Below, in pieces: positions 12,661 to 24,786 of a DNA stretch of 64,000 nucleotides; the stretch's first letter is position 1, and the number at the start of each line of letters is the position of its first letter. Made by a program: the position numbers and the translations under genes. The stretch lies in contig JAXLNO010000146.1 in NCBI GenBank assembly GCA_038087875.1, positions 682,001 to 746,000 of the forward strand. The letters run 5' to 3'. The DNA is from Malacoraja senta (Eukaryota). The notes under the pieces are model-generated. The model made no database searches. It saw only the letters and a program-made list of their open reading frames with translations, and had not been told where the DNA came from.

Positions 12661-13633
12661 CGACACAAGAGACTGCAGCTGCTGGAATCCAGAGCATCTC
12701 CCACCCTTCTCCACCCCAGGCCCCACATTCCAAACCTGCCCCGTTCCCTTCAAACCACCATCCCTCCCCGTGGTTTTATATTTTGTGTCCCAGCTCATCA
12801 GATTCCACCACCAACACCTTTTTATCTTCTCCACTTGTCACCTCCAGTATCAGTTCCAATCTCTAACCTCTCTCCCTCATCTGCCAAACTACCCTTACCC
12901 ACCTAGATCCACCTGTCACCAGCCCCTCCCCAACCCTTCACCCTCACCTCTCTCTACCCGCTTTCACCCCTCTACTCCATTCGGGCCCCAACCCAAAACA
13001 TCTTGTGTCCATCTCCTTCCACGGATGCTGCCTGACCCACCAAGTTCCTGCAGCACTTTATTTGTTGCTAATCCAGTGGAGTGCCTGGTATTCTGTGCTC
13101 ATATCTCTGGAAACTCAAACTTGAAGCAGCAAATTTTAAACAGAGCAGAGAACTATTAACCAGAGATTACTTTATGTAGAAACAAGGAACTGCAGATGCT
13201 GGTGTACAGAAAAGGACACAATGTGCTGGAGTAACTCAGCAGGTCGGACAGTATCTCTGGAAAATATGGATAGGTGATGTTTTGGGTTGAGACTCGTCTG
13301 GCATTTTTTATTCTCTGGACATTTATCTTTCTGGCTGTTTTTGTTTATAATTCTCTGAACCTTTATATTTCCAACAGCTCTTTAGATTACATGTGCTCCA
13401 GAGCAATGGTTCATGGGAAGTGAGCAGAAACGGCCGGGAGCCCTGCGCACTAAGTCCGCTTCCCTACAAGTGTCTGCCCAACAGTAACTGGGACTGGGAC
13501 CTGCGATGGGACCAACTCACTCAGGGAAGAGTGAAGCAAAGAACTCCTGGATCTCTCAGGGCTGTGAACTCCCTGCACAGCTACCAACGGTGAACTAATC
13601 AGCCACGTACAGAAAACCGTTGCAGCCACGTAC

Positions 13634-13656
13634 CTGTCCAACAACTGCTTGATCTC
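13634..13656 (-). CDS. TRIM gene 23-nt micro-exon (EIKQLLDR)
   Basis: Minus strand reads ttttttttcactttttag|GAGATCAAGCAGTTGTTGGACAG|gtacgt. Phase 0-2 fits both neighbouring exons. Confidence 0.88.
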
Positions 13657-13744
13657 CTAAAAAGTGAAAAAAAAATTTAAAAGGTTTAAATTCTCATGAT
13701 CTGATCAGTTCATTCAAATAAAATTAAGGATGCACATTCAATTA

Positions 13745-14075
13745 AGGGCAGCACAAGGCGCAGTGGTAGATTTTCTGCCTTACAGGGCCAGAGACTGGGT
13801 TCAATCCTGACTATGGGTGCTGTCTGTATGTTGTGTGCAATGGATATTCCATTGCTATGGGTGCAGTTTATATGTTCTCCCTGTGACCATATGGTTCTTC
13901 TCCGAGTGCTCCGGTTTCCTCTCACATCTCAAAGATGTGCAGGTTGGTAGGTTAATTGGCTTCTGTAAATTGTCCCTAGTGGGCAGGAAATAACTAGTTT
14001 CTGTGTGATTGTTGGTTGACGTTCACTCGGTGGGTGGAAAGGCCCGTTTCCACACTGCATCTCTAAATTAAAATA
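13745..14075 (+). mobile_element. tRNA-derived SINE (HE1-like); related copies near 3215-3650, 18140-18300, 20762-20954/24518-24630 and 24975-25370
   Basis: A-box-like ggcgcagtggtaga and B-box-like gggttcaatcct, then a shared ttctccctgtgacc...ccggtttcctc body and a CR1-like tail. Confidence 0.7.
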
Positions 14076-14593
14076 AAATAAATTGAGCGTTTTACGACAC
14101 AAATAAAAAAACCTGTGGTGGGATTCTTCTTCCGAGGGATGATAGAAACAAAATGGAGAAAGATTGTTGAGTTGAGTGATGGGAAGGTGACGAAAGAGGG
14201 GGGAAATGAATAGTGAATCATGGCTCAGGTGCAGAGAACCTGTCAAAGTGTACCTCAGAATGATGAGGGAATTTAGATCAGGGAAGACAAATATCACATC
14301 TATAAATAGGAATTGCTGCTCCTTCGAAAAAATAAAATAGATTAATGGGTGTTGCACTCCAGACCTCAATCTTGCAAATTAAACGTTACAATATTTAATT
14401 AGCTATTAGCCAATATAGGAGCATGCAACTATCCCTTTAGTCTTTTAATGCCACAATTCCTTGGGTTATTTCCACCTTATTTAAAAGGAACCTCCAGAAG
14501 CTGGGCACAGTCCGATTCACGTCTACTGCTCTGTGAACAGTGGACTTTGTCTATGGAACTGATGACTAAATCCTGTGCCCTGTATCTTCCCTT

Positions 14594-15432
14594 TTTAGAC
14601 TTAGACTTAGACTTAGACTTAGATTCCTTTATTGTCATTCAGACCTTTCGGTCTGAACGAAATTTCGTTGCCTGCAGTCATACATATAATAAATAACAAG
14701 ACACACAATAAACACAAATTAACATCCACCACAGTAAGTTCACCAGGCACCTCCTCACTGTGATGGAGGCAAAAGTCTTAAAAGTCTCTGTCTCTTCCCT
14801 CTTTGTTCTCTCTCTGCGCTGAGGCGATCCAGCTTCTGACGTTGTGACCCCGCCGGGTGATGGTAAGTCAGTCCCGCGGCTGAAACCGTGCTCCGTCCGC
14901 GACAGGCCGGTTCAAACTCCGCGGCCCGGGGTGGCCGAAGCCGCCGCCCTCCAGTCCAGCGGACGCAGCTGTAGTTGCGGGAGCCCCAGAAAAACAGGTC
15001 ACTCACCTGTGACCTGCGAGCTCCCGACGATGTCGTCCACTGGGCCCGCGGCCGAGCCTCCGGACTCAGGTCGCCACCAGCGTCCTCGGTCGCCACCGCC
15101 GGAACGCCACCGCAGCCGGCCAGCCCCGCGCTGGTAAGTCCTGGCTCTGCCTCCGGAGCCTCGAGGTCGGTCGGTCGCAGTTGGAGTTGGAGGCCGGCAG
15201 CTCCGCCATTTTGGCCCAGCGCAGACGGAGGCAGAGAAGGGGGATACGACAAGAAAAAGTCGCATTCCCCCGAAGGAAGAGACAAAATCATGTTTCACCC
15301 CCCCCACCCCACCCCACCCGTACACAACCCAATAAACTAAAATTTAACTAAAACAGGACAAAAGAAAACAACAAAAAAATGAAAAACAGACGGACTGCAG
15401 GCGAGCCGCAGCTGCGCAACAGCGCCGCCACT
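14594..15432 (-). mobile_element. CpG-rich non-autonomous retroelement with Rex1/Babar-like ends
   Basis: 3' end is tgacaataaaggaa + (tctaag)n. The 5' end agtggcggcgctgttgcgcagctgc resembles the Rex1 start at 28870. It has no RT ORF and splits an older repeat at cccttt|tgctctacc. Confidence 0.6.
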
Positions 15433-16079
15433 TTTGCTCTACCTATTGTACTTGAGTTTGACTTGATTGTATATATCTGATCTATGAGGATAGCATGAAA
15501 AACAAAGCTTTACACTGTATCCAGGAACACATGATCCTAAACCAATGTTTAGTTTGTTTAGAGATATAGCATGGAATCTGGCCCTCCGGCCCACAAAGTC
15601 ATCGCCAACCAACAATCAACCATACACTTGTTCTCTGCTACACGCCAGTGACAATTTCAGAAATCAATTAACCCTCAAACCTGCACGTCTTTGGAATGTG
15701 ACAGGAAACCGGAGCAAACCCACGCAGTCACAGGGAGAACATAAAAAACCTATATATGTTTTTGTTCGTCTTATTTTTTATTTTAATCTTAAAATGAACG
15801 TATTTAAAATACCAAAGAGTAAAAGAAGATTCAACGAAATAATCCTCCCCGACTGACGGCCACAATTAAAACATTAGTAAGTCATGAGGGCTATTTTAAC
15901 AAAATAATGTACATTTTGAAGTATATCTGATTGAAGTATCTTGGATGCGGCCTTATTAGATTACAGCTATCTTAATGCGGCATTCCAACATGAAAAGGTT
16001 CCCCACCCCTGGGCTGAAGTCATGTGTAGACTAGACTGGACATGGAAGGTAGATTCCTTCCCAGTCCAGCAAGGTAGAT

Positions 16080-17400
16080 TATAATTCATAGAAATATAGG
16101 AGCAGGAATAGGACATTTGACCCTTCAAAACTGTTCCCACCATTCAATATGATCATGGGGGGATCACTGACTTTCTCTGTTTCAATATTTGCCCCGTTTC
16201 TGCTGATCCTACTAACTCAGAGAAAATACAGAACTCCACGATGAACAAATTTAATGATTTTGTTGCAACTGCGTCCTGCGGTAGATAATTCGACAGACTC
16301 ACTACGGTCTTGGGAGAAAAAATCCTGCCTCATCTCAGTCTTAAACATATCACACCTTATCTTTATACTGGGTTCTGGATTTCAGAAATATCCTTCCTGT
16401 ATCTAACCTTTCCAATCCTGATAGAATTAGAGTCATAGAGTGATACAGTGTGGAAACAAGCTGTTCGGCCCAACTTGCCCAAACCGGCCAACATGCCCCA
16501 GCTACACTACTCCCACCTGCCTGCGTTTGGTCCATAACCCTCCAAACCTGTCCTATCCATACATCTGTCTAACTGTTTCTTAAACGTTGGGATAGTCCCA
16601 TCCTCAACTACATTTTCCAGCAGCTTGTTCCATACACCCACCACCCTTTGTGTGAAAAAGTTACCCTCAAATTCCTATTAAATCTTTTCCCCTTCACCTT
16701 AAACCTATGTCATCTGGTCCTCGATTCACCTACTCTGGGCAAGAGACTCTGAATATACACTCTGTGCATGTGTATGGTACATCTGTGAATTCTGCAGGTA
16801 TCTGCGAGTTCCACTCTAATTCTTCTAAACTATCAAAAAATTAAGCCTTCATTCATCAGTCCTGCCATCTCAGGGATCAGGAAATCTTCACTGAACTCCC
16901 TGCATAGCAAGAACATCCTTCCTTAGAGGAGATAAAAAATGTATACAATACTCAAAGGTGCAATCTTACCAAGACTCTGTGCAGAAGACCACAAGACACA
17001 GGAGCAGAATTAGGCCATTCAGCCCATTGAATCTGGTCTGCCAATCAATCATAGGTGATCTATTTTTCCCTCTCAACCCCATTCTATTGCTATCTCATCG
17101 TAACCAATAACGCTCAACCTAATCAATAACCTATCAATTTCTGCCTTAAAAATAACCAATGTCTTGGCCTCTATGGATGTTTGTGCCAATTTCCCCAGAT
17201 TCACCACCCTCTGGCGAAAACAATTCCTTCAACTCCATTTTGAACGTACATCCTTTTATCCAGAGGCTGTGCCCCCTGGTTCTAGACGCTCCCATTACTG
17301 GATACGTCCATGGAAACAGTTGAAGCAAGACCTCCCTGCTCCTATTCTTAAATCCTCTCGCCACAAGCACAAGAAAATAACAGTTGGAGTTGACCACTCG
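16080..17400 (-). mobile_element. Cluster of degenerate CR1-like 3' fragments
   Basis: Several remnants resembling SRTRGHSL.IKG and LERLDTGRIF, with CR1-type tails. Confidence 0.6.
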
Positions 17401-17633
17401 GCTCTCAATCCTACCCCATACATTCAATATCAGCATGGGTGATCTATGCTGGTCTGGACACCTCTTTTGTGCAGAGGTGCAACAAGAGTGTCTCAAGGTC
17501 AAAAAAGCAATATTTTGATGCAAGCTCTTTCATCGACTGGCAGAAATTAAGTAACAGAAATGCGAAATAATGAAGAAGAATGGTGAAGGTCCATTGCATG
17601 TTTCACAAGCGTGGGCTGCCTGCTGCTTCTTAC

Positions 17634-17859
17634 CTGAAGCATCTCCTGGGGCTCCCCGTAGCTCAGTTGCAGCTGCACATCCCGGATGGTTTGCTCGATC
17701 GTGCAGGCTTCCAGGCAGACCTTCGCCAGGTCCTCTTGCAAGGGCTGAACCGTCCTGCACACCTCCTCATCGATCTTCGCCTCCAGGACCCGCTTCCAGG
17801 AATCGGTAGATGCTGGATAGATCGACCTCGACCCGCTCCTTCAGCAGTCGGCCCTTCTC
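17634..17859 (-). CDS. TRIM gene long coiled-coil exon, frameshifted near 17796
   Basis: Minus strand reads ttctacacag|GAGAAG...CTTCAG|gtaaga. It translates as EKGRLLKERVEVDLSSIYRFL, then shifts frame to KRVLEAKIDEEVCRTVQPLQEDLAKVCLEACTIEQTIRDVQLQLSYGEPQEMLQ. 226 nt is not a multiple of 3, and the entry frame hits TGA at 17767-17769. Confidence 0.85.
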
Positions 17860-18638
17860 CTGTGTAGAACCAGCAAGATCAGTGGGTTTAGGTTTATTAT
17901 TGACACCATGTACAGTGAAAAGCTTTGTTTTGCTGCCATCCACACAGATCAGATATACAATACCAGATATATCAGTTATACAGTAAACCCTCGCTGTAAC
18001 GGACCACAGGGGAGATGGTGTCCGTTATTACTCATTGTCCACTAATACCCAATGAGGGGTTTAATATGAACAACACTATTGGAAAACAGCTGATAAACAT
18101 TCCCTCCACAATAAACAGTAAAGGACACACAATACAGAAGGATGGCACAGTGGCACCACGGTAGTTGCTACCTTACAGCACCAGAGACCAGAGTTTGATG
18201 CTGGGGGCTTCCTGCGACAGTGTGGGTTTTCTCCGTGTGCTCGGGTTTCCTCCCGCTGGGTGGGGACGTGCAGGTTTGTGGTTTAGTTGGCTTCTGTGGG
18301 TTGTGGGGGTTCTGTGGATCACTGGTGGGGCCGCTGCTCCAGGCACGGATTCGATCCAGACCTGGGGTGCTCCTTGGGGCTGGTTCTATACTACACACCG
18401 GATTGTCCCCAGTGTGTGGGGTGGAGCTGGTGTGCCGGAGTGCTCAGAGTCAGATACTGTGGGGCAGGGATCTGCTGGCGGCTCACACACAGTTGGGCTG
18501 CAGGCCTGCACATCTTTGTGGCTGAGTGTAGGGGAAAGGAGAGGTGTGGGGGGATCGTGGCACCCGGGAGAACCCCATGCTGTCACAATGTATTTGTCTT
18601 AACACTGTGGGTGCAAAGAGAACCACTGCGATTATTCT

Positions 18639-20325
18639 TTTTTTTTTTTTTTAATTTATTAGAAGTACATTACATTACAACCACATACATTAGTACTCGT
18701 CACTTATGTCTTCTTACAATTAATGTACTCCATTTATTTTTTACACTAGAAAAGGAAAAGATTGAAAGAAAGAAGAAAGTGAAGGAAAAAGTGAGAGTGT
18801 AGAAAATGTGACAACAAAAAAGGACGAAGATCCTATAAGAACAAAATTAAAAACAAAAGAAAAAGAGTTAAGAAATAGACCCTAGAAAAGAAAGAGAAAG
18901 AGAAAGAGGAAAAAGAGAGAAACAAATATTTTTATGAGCATTACGCAAATGGGACATACCAACTCTTCAACTATCATCCCCCCTTACCTGACCTCAATTT
19001 TTTTTTTAAAGGTATCTTTGCACCCTATATTTGTAATAATTCTATAAATGCAGACCACGTCAGGTGGAAGTGATCTGGTTTACCTGCTAGGAGGAGTCTT
19101 ATCTCTTCTAGGTGTAATGTTTCGAACATATTTGAAATCCACATGTTTATAGTTGGTATTGGAGCCTTCTTCCAAAATTTTAGAATTTGCTTTTTTCCAG
19201 TTATTAACCCATAGTCTATTAGTTTCTTTTGAAACACATTTAGTTCTGGACCATCTTCCGTTATTCCGAAGATAATCCATTCTGCTTTGGGTATCAGTCT
19301 TATTTTAAATAACTTTGTAAAGATTTCAAAAATGTCATTCCAAAATTTTTGAATTTTTGTACAGAAAACGAATGAGTGCGCTATAGTAGCTTCTTGGGAT
19401 TGCCATTTATCACAAATAGATGATACATTTGGGAAAATTTTAGTTTTCGAATAATATAATCTATGTAAAATTTTAAATTGTATTAAAGTGTGTCTTACAT
19501 TAATCGAACATTTATGCACGTTTAATAAGTGTTCATTCCAACTTTCCTTTGAAATTTTAATAGCTAACTCTTGTTCCCAGTCTCTTCTGATACCCTCCGT
19601 AGATGGTATTTGTACATTTAAGATAATATTATACAAATATGATATTAAGTTTGCTGATTCAGCTTTTATCTGCATTGCCTCATCCAATACATCTACTGGG
19701 TTATTATAATGATCTTTTGTATATTTTTTCAAATAGTCGCATATTTGAAAATATTTAAAATATTGATTATTTCCGAGTTTATATTTTATTTGTAATTGTT
19801 GAAATGAAAGTAATTTTCCAGTTTCATACAAGTCACCGAGCGTTTTAATTCCTAGTCTATCCCAATGTGTAAAAGCTTTATCTATAATAGAGGGATTAAA
19901 CAAAGGGTTATTAACTATAGGTAATAAAAGTGATAAATTTCTTAATTTTAAATTTTGTTTTATTTGTTTCCAAATTCGGATTGTACTATGAATAATTGGG
20001 TTCTTATTATAATTTATATTATTCAATTTCATTGGAGAGAGGAGGATCGCTCCAATGTTTCCAGAGGAGCAATCCTCTTTCTCCATTACAATCCAGTCCA
20101 CTTGCTGGGCGGAGTTATCCATCAGTTGAATCATATTTTTAATATTTACTGACCAATAATAATACATAAAATTAGGTAGTGCTAAACCCCCTAATACTTT
20201 AGGTTTATTCAGATGAGTTTTTTGTATTCTATGTGATTTATAGTCCCATATAAAATTAGTGATATCTGAGTCGAGTTTTTAAAAAACTTCTTTGGTAAGT
20301 ATATAGGAATCGATTGAAATAGGTT
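18639..20325 (-). mobile_element. 5'-truncated L1-clade LINE (ORF2 C-terminus) with 16-bp TSD
   Basis: ORF 19025-20167 has QFKILHRLYYS and a C..C H..C knuckle remnant, followed by a polyA tail. TSD ccactgcgattattct is at 18623-18638 and 20326-20341. Confidence 0.93.
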
Positions 20326-20954
20326 CCACTGCGATTATTCTACCCTACACACTGTCAACTGTCTCTGGTGTGTAGGATGGAACGAGTGTATGGGTGATCT
20401 CTGATAGAACCACTGTGGTAGTTCTATCCTACACACTGTCAACTGTCCCTTGTGTGCAGGATGGGACGTGTATGAGGATCGTTGACTTGGTGTTTCCATG
20501 CTGTATCTCTAAACTAAACTAAAATGGATCTAGTGGAAACATCCTCTCCACATCCACTCTATCCAGGCCTCTCGGGTTGAGATGAAAAAAACTGATGGGA
20601 TGAGATAAAAGGATTGAAGAATTGCAAATTGTGAAACCAGAGGAAGGAATGTAAGTGGAGGGAAATAAATTGGTGCGTCGCGGAGGGGGTGTGGGGTGTT
20701 CGGGCAGGAGAAACAATATCTTTACCATCAAGCCCTGTGAATATGATGTACACTTCAACAAGACCGGTATGGTGGAGCAGGGGTAGAACTACTGCCTCAC
20801 AGCAACACAGACCCATGAGTTCAATCCTGACTATCGCTGCTGTCAGTACAGTTTGTGCATTCTCCCCATGACCTGCGTGTGTTCTCTGTGGGAGCTCCGG
20901 TTTCTGCCACATTCCAGAGACGTACAAATTTGTAGATTAATTGGCCAGTAAAAT

Positions 20955-23900
20955 AGTAAGCTTACCAGTTTGAAGTTTGATCTTTATTTTATGAGGTGTA
21001 ACGTTGAGGGATTACGTGAAGAAGACCCCGTCCAGCCGCACACGCGTCAATCTTTCAAAGCAGCGGAGTGACAATCACAGACGATAATTACTGAAGTATG
21101 ATAGTAAGATGCATAAAGACTTAGAACTACCAGCTTGATCCTTTTATGAGGGTGGGAGCGGAGGGCACGTAATCCCTCAATGTTACTCCTCATAAAATAA
21201 AGATCAAACTTCAAACTGGTAAGTTCCCGTTTAATCTTACTATTTTACTTCGGAGTCACGTGAGTGACTACGTGAAGATTTCAAAGCTCTGTGATTTCAC
21301 ACCGTGGATTCAAATCCAGGTGTTCACTGCATCGATTGACTCCATTTGAGTAAGCACAATCAACAATGCATAACCACAACATTTGAATGTAATCAGTTAA
21401 TGGTTTTATTTATTTTAATAAAAGTAACAAAATTAGGCCCATTTATTATAATGGGGGATTTAATACTGTATCCAGCACGGCATCACCAAACCCTCTGAGA
21501 TCTTTAATCTCCTTATGGTAATACTTGTGAAACATCTGTTCACTTGCCCATCCTGCGGCCGCGAGAATAAGGTCTATTGTCTGAATCCCTGGCCGCTGAT
21601 GTTGATGCCGCCCTGGTGGAATGAGATTTAAATTTATCAGTATCAATACCTGAATATCTCAACACCTGTTTCAACCATCGTGAAATTGTTTGTGTTGACA
21701 CTTTCTTATGAGGCTTTTTATGACTAATAAAAAATGCCAATTCGGTGCCTCTTAAAACTTTTGTTGTTTCTATGTAACATTTCACATATGTTACTACACA
21801 CACTCGAGATGAGAAGAACTTTTTTCACACAGAGAGTGGTGAATCTCTGGAACTCTCTGCCACAGAGGGTAGTCGAGGCCAGTTCATTGGCTATATTTAA
21901 GAGGGAGCTAGATGTGGCCCTTGTGGCTAAAGGGATCAGAGGGTATGGAGAGAAGGCAGGTACGGGATACTGAGTTGGATGATCAGCCATGATCATATTG
22001 AATGGCGGTGCAGGCTCGAAGGGCCGAATGGCCTACTCCTGCACCTAATTTCTATGTTTCTATGTTTCTATGTTTGTAGGATATGCTAAAAATTCCAACT
22101 TGCATCCTGTGAACCTAGGTCTACTTTGCTTCAGTAAATCATAGACATAGAATGTCACGGCATTTGGCCCTACTTTCATTCTATCAATTCTGAGTTTCTG
22201 TAATGTTTGAACTCTCTGAGCTGAAACTAATGCCATGAGCATAACCAATTTCATGGTGATTTTGGATAATGACAGAGTTTCAACTGGATTCCAATTCCTT
22301 AGCAACATCAGTACATCTTTTACATTCCAAATTTCTGTATACCTAGGTCTGGGAGGATTAGAGTTGAAAATTCCTTTCATAAACCTACAGACCCAAGAAT
22401 GTGCTCCTATTGGAGTTTGTTCTGATTCACTGCTTAAATATGCAGAGAGTGCACTTTGTGCAGTATTAATTGCACTATAATTTAAATTTAATTCATAGTA
22501 TAGAGTAGAAAGGAACTCTATTACATCTGAAATTTCTGCTGGGTTATATGCAATATGTTTCCCTGAACAAAACTCCTCCCATTTCTTTATACAGGAGATG
22601 TACTGCTTCTGGGTACTATTCCTCCAGGCTGTTGTTATAACATCCACCGTACGGTCTGATAATCCTTTTCCAAGATATGGCCTTCTTAGAATCTGCAAAT
22701 CAACAAACCAATATGATCATGTAAAGGATGTGGTTCATCAGTCACAGGGTGTACAAGCAGTTTAATCTGCTTTGGAATAACCATAAGGTTTTTTTTGATT
22801 ATTTTTAACACCAGTGGGTACCATAGCTGTTTAGGCCAATCTGGTACTACCAAAATCCCTGAGGCTGAATCTTGTTTAATTTTCTGTATGCATCTGTGGA
22901 TTAAACAAAATGGCGGAAACGCATACAGTAACATACAACCCCAATGTAGCGAGAAAGCATCCACCGCTACTGTTCCAGGATCAGGTTCCCATGACACATA
23001 CTTAGGCAAACTGGTGGTTCAATCTTGATGCAAACAGATCAATTTCTGGCATTCCAAATTCAAACGAAAAAAAAATGTTGGTTGGTTTGCAGAGCCCTGC
23101 ATATTTAGGATGAATATTTGGTCTTATTGCATTTTTACGAATATAATTTATTTCAAAAATGTGCACCACACATCAGTGCTAGAGCATCTTGTTGTGAATC
23201 TGATACATAATCATCATCCAAACCTCTGGCAAATGCCGTGATGCCTGACCCCAGCAATTTCAATACACGTTGCAATTTCAATTCTTGTGAGCGTAAACCA
23301 ATGCTCAAATAACCCCAAATCAAGTTATTTACTGCTGGAACTGTCAGCAATTCACAATTTGATGGGGCCTTGTACTGTTTCATAGTCTCATCCATAGTTA
23401 CTTCCTGGAGCTGATGGGAGAGTAGATAGTTTATAGTCATTGCTATTTCCTCCCTCAAAGGTTTCCCCCTTTATTCTAGGAACAGCAAACTTTTGTGCTA
23501 GTCCAGGAACTTTCAGCTCTGTTAATGGGCTCTCATCCTCATAGAATTCATCTTCTGAATGTAGATGTTCCTATTCAGGTTTGGTAAATTCTGGCTCCCC
23601 TGTTTCAGGTACGTCTATGCCAGATTCCCCCTGCGCGGGCTCTCTTATAGGCCCACGGATAGGCAGCCCTGTTTCAGGTGCTGCTGGCGCTGGCTCAACT
23701 CTAGGCCAATGCTTCATAATTTTCCCTTTAGGAACTTTCGGTGCTGGCACATAAATACGTTTGTACTGTCTTTTTTGAGACATTTCTGGTACTGGCTCTT
23801 CAGTAGGCCAGCACATATACTGCCTTTTTTCAGGCATTTCTGGCACTGGCTCTCCTGTAGGCCAACCACTGTAATACCTTTGCACAGTCATTTCTGATGG

Positions 23901-24517
23901 CTCTCCTGTAGGCCACCCTTGTGCCTGTCCCAACCAAGGCACACCCTGTGCCGTATCCTCCATTGGCCAACACCGACCTGATTCCTCCTGTGGGGGTTCT
24001 TTGTAAATCCCCATCAGGAGCTCTAAACTGGCGACCCTTGCAGCCATAACGTTTTCTCCTGCAGGAGGGTATACCTCCGGGTCTGACTCTTCCGAGTCTA
24101 CAGGTCGGGCCGACTTTTGTCCAGCCTTGCGCCCCGCCGCCGGCAGTTTAACGGCACATTCGACCGTAACGGGAGTTGATGGCTTCGATGCCACTGACTC
24201 CTCTTCCTGACGCCCGCTACCCTTAGCATCGGGGGATTTACCTGCGGTGCGTCCCTGGCCTCTCCTTCCCCTACGCTCTTTCTCCATTCTGAGTTTGTGT
24301 GGACCTCTGCCAACACGTCTGAGCGGGAAGAAAAGCGCCCTGTAAGTAAAAACGAAACCACTTACCTTGTCCGATTTTTACTTTAAATTTGCTTTACTCA
24401 CCGCTGGAGGAGCTCCTGCTCCTCCACACACGGTCATGAACGCTATGTGTCTGATCGATAATGACGCGTGTGCGGCTGGACGGGGTCTTCTTCACGTAGT
24501 CACTCACGTGACTCCGA
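20955..24517 (-). mobile_element. DIRS-type tyrosine-recombinase retrotransposon, internally deleted (gag-like, methyltransferase-like domain, YR; RT/RNaseH missing)
   Basis: YR motifs ALVSAQRVQTL, TISRWLK, FKSHSTRAA and AAGWASEQMFHKYY are at 21446-22698. The DAFSLHW...YAFPPF...LVVPDWP domain is at 22686-23009, and gag-like ORFs at 23153-24287. Inverted repeats are at 21012-21050 and 24461-24498, with the ICR at 21167-21279. Confidence 0.92.
21806..22072 (+). mobile_element. Short CR1 3' fragment inserted into the DIRS recombinase gene
   Basis: Reads EMRRTFFTQRVVNLWNSLPQRVVEA with a (tttctatg)3 tail. The YR frame resumes on both sides. Confidence 0.88.
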
Positions 24518-24690
24518 AGTAAAATTGTAAATTGCCCCTAGTGTGTGTAGGACAGTATCAGTATGCAGGGATACCTGGTCGGCACGGACTCGATGGGACT
24601 GTTTCCCTGCTATATCTCTAAACTGAACTACCTGCAAGTTCAACGGTGCATGGATCACTTCAAAACTAAACCTGGTGTATGAAATCGTAC

Positions 24691-24786
24691 CTTGATTTTA
24701 TAAATCTTTGATTCTTGTTGGCTCTGACTGTGACATGCTTGCTCCTTTTGGATCTGGAGAAAATCTGTGGATTTTTCCAACCTGTC
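24691..24786 (-). CDS. TRIM gene 96-nt coiled-coil exon (DRLEKSTDFLQIQKEQACHSQSQQESKIYKIK)
   Basis: Minus strand reads ccttttcaccag|GAC...ATCAAG|gtacga. It is exactly 96 nt, open, phase 0-0. Confidence 0.88.

Larger units (their letters stand above)
8807..24786 (-). pseudogene. TRIM-family (coiled-coil + B30.2/PRY-SPRY) gene, 3' five exons; frameshifted in the long coiled-coil exon (pseudogene, null allele or assembly indel)
   Basis: Exons of 96, 226, 23, 116 and 530 nt all have canonical AG/GT borders and compatible phases (0,0,2,1). This matches the usual 96/231-234/23/~116/terminal layout of class IV TRIM genes. The RING/B-box exon was not seen in the window. Confidence 0.88.

Noticed and set aside
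17979..18066. Tiny Tigger/pogo-like MITE (tacagtaaaccctc ... gaggggtttaat)
   Set aside because: The inverted match is too short and imperfect to support.
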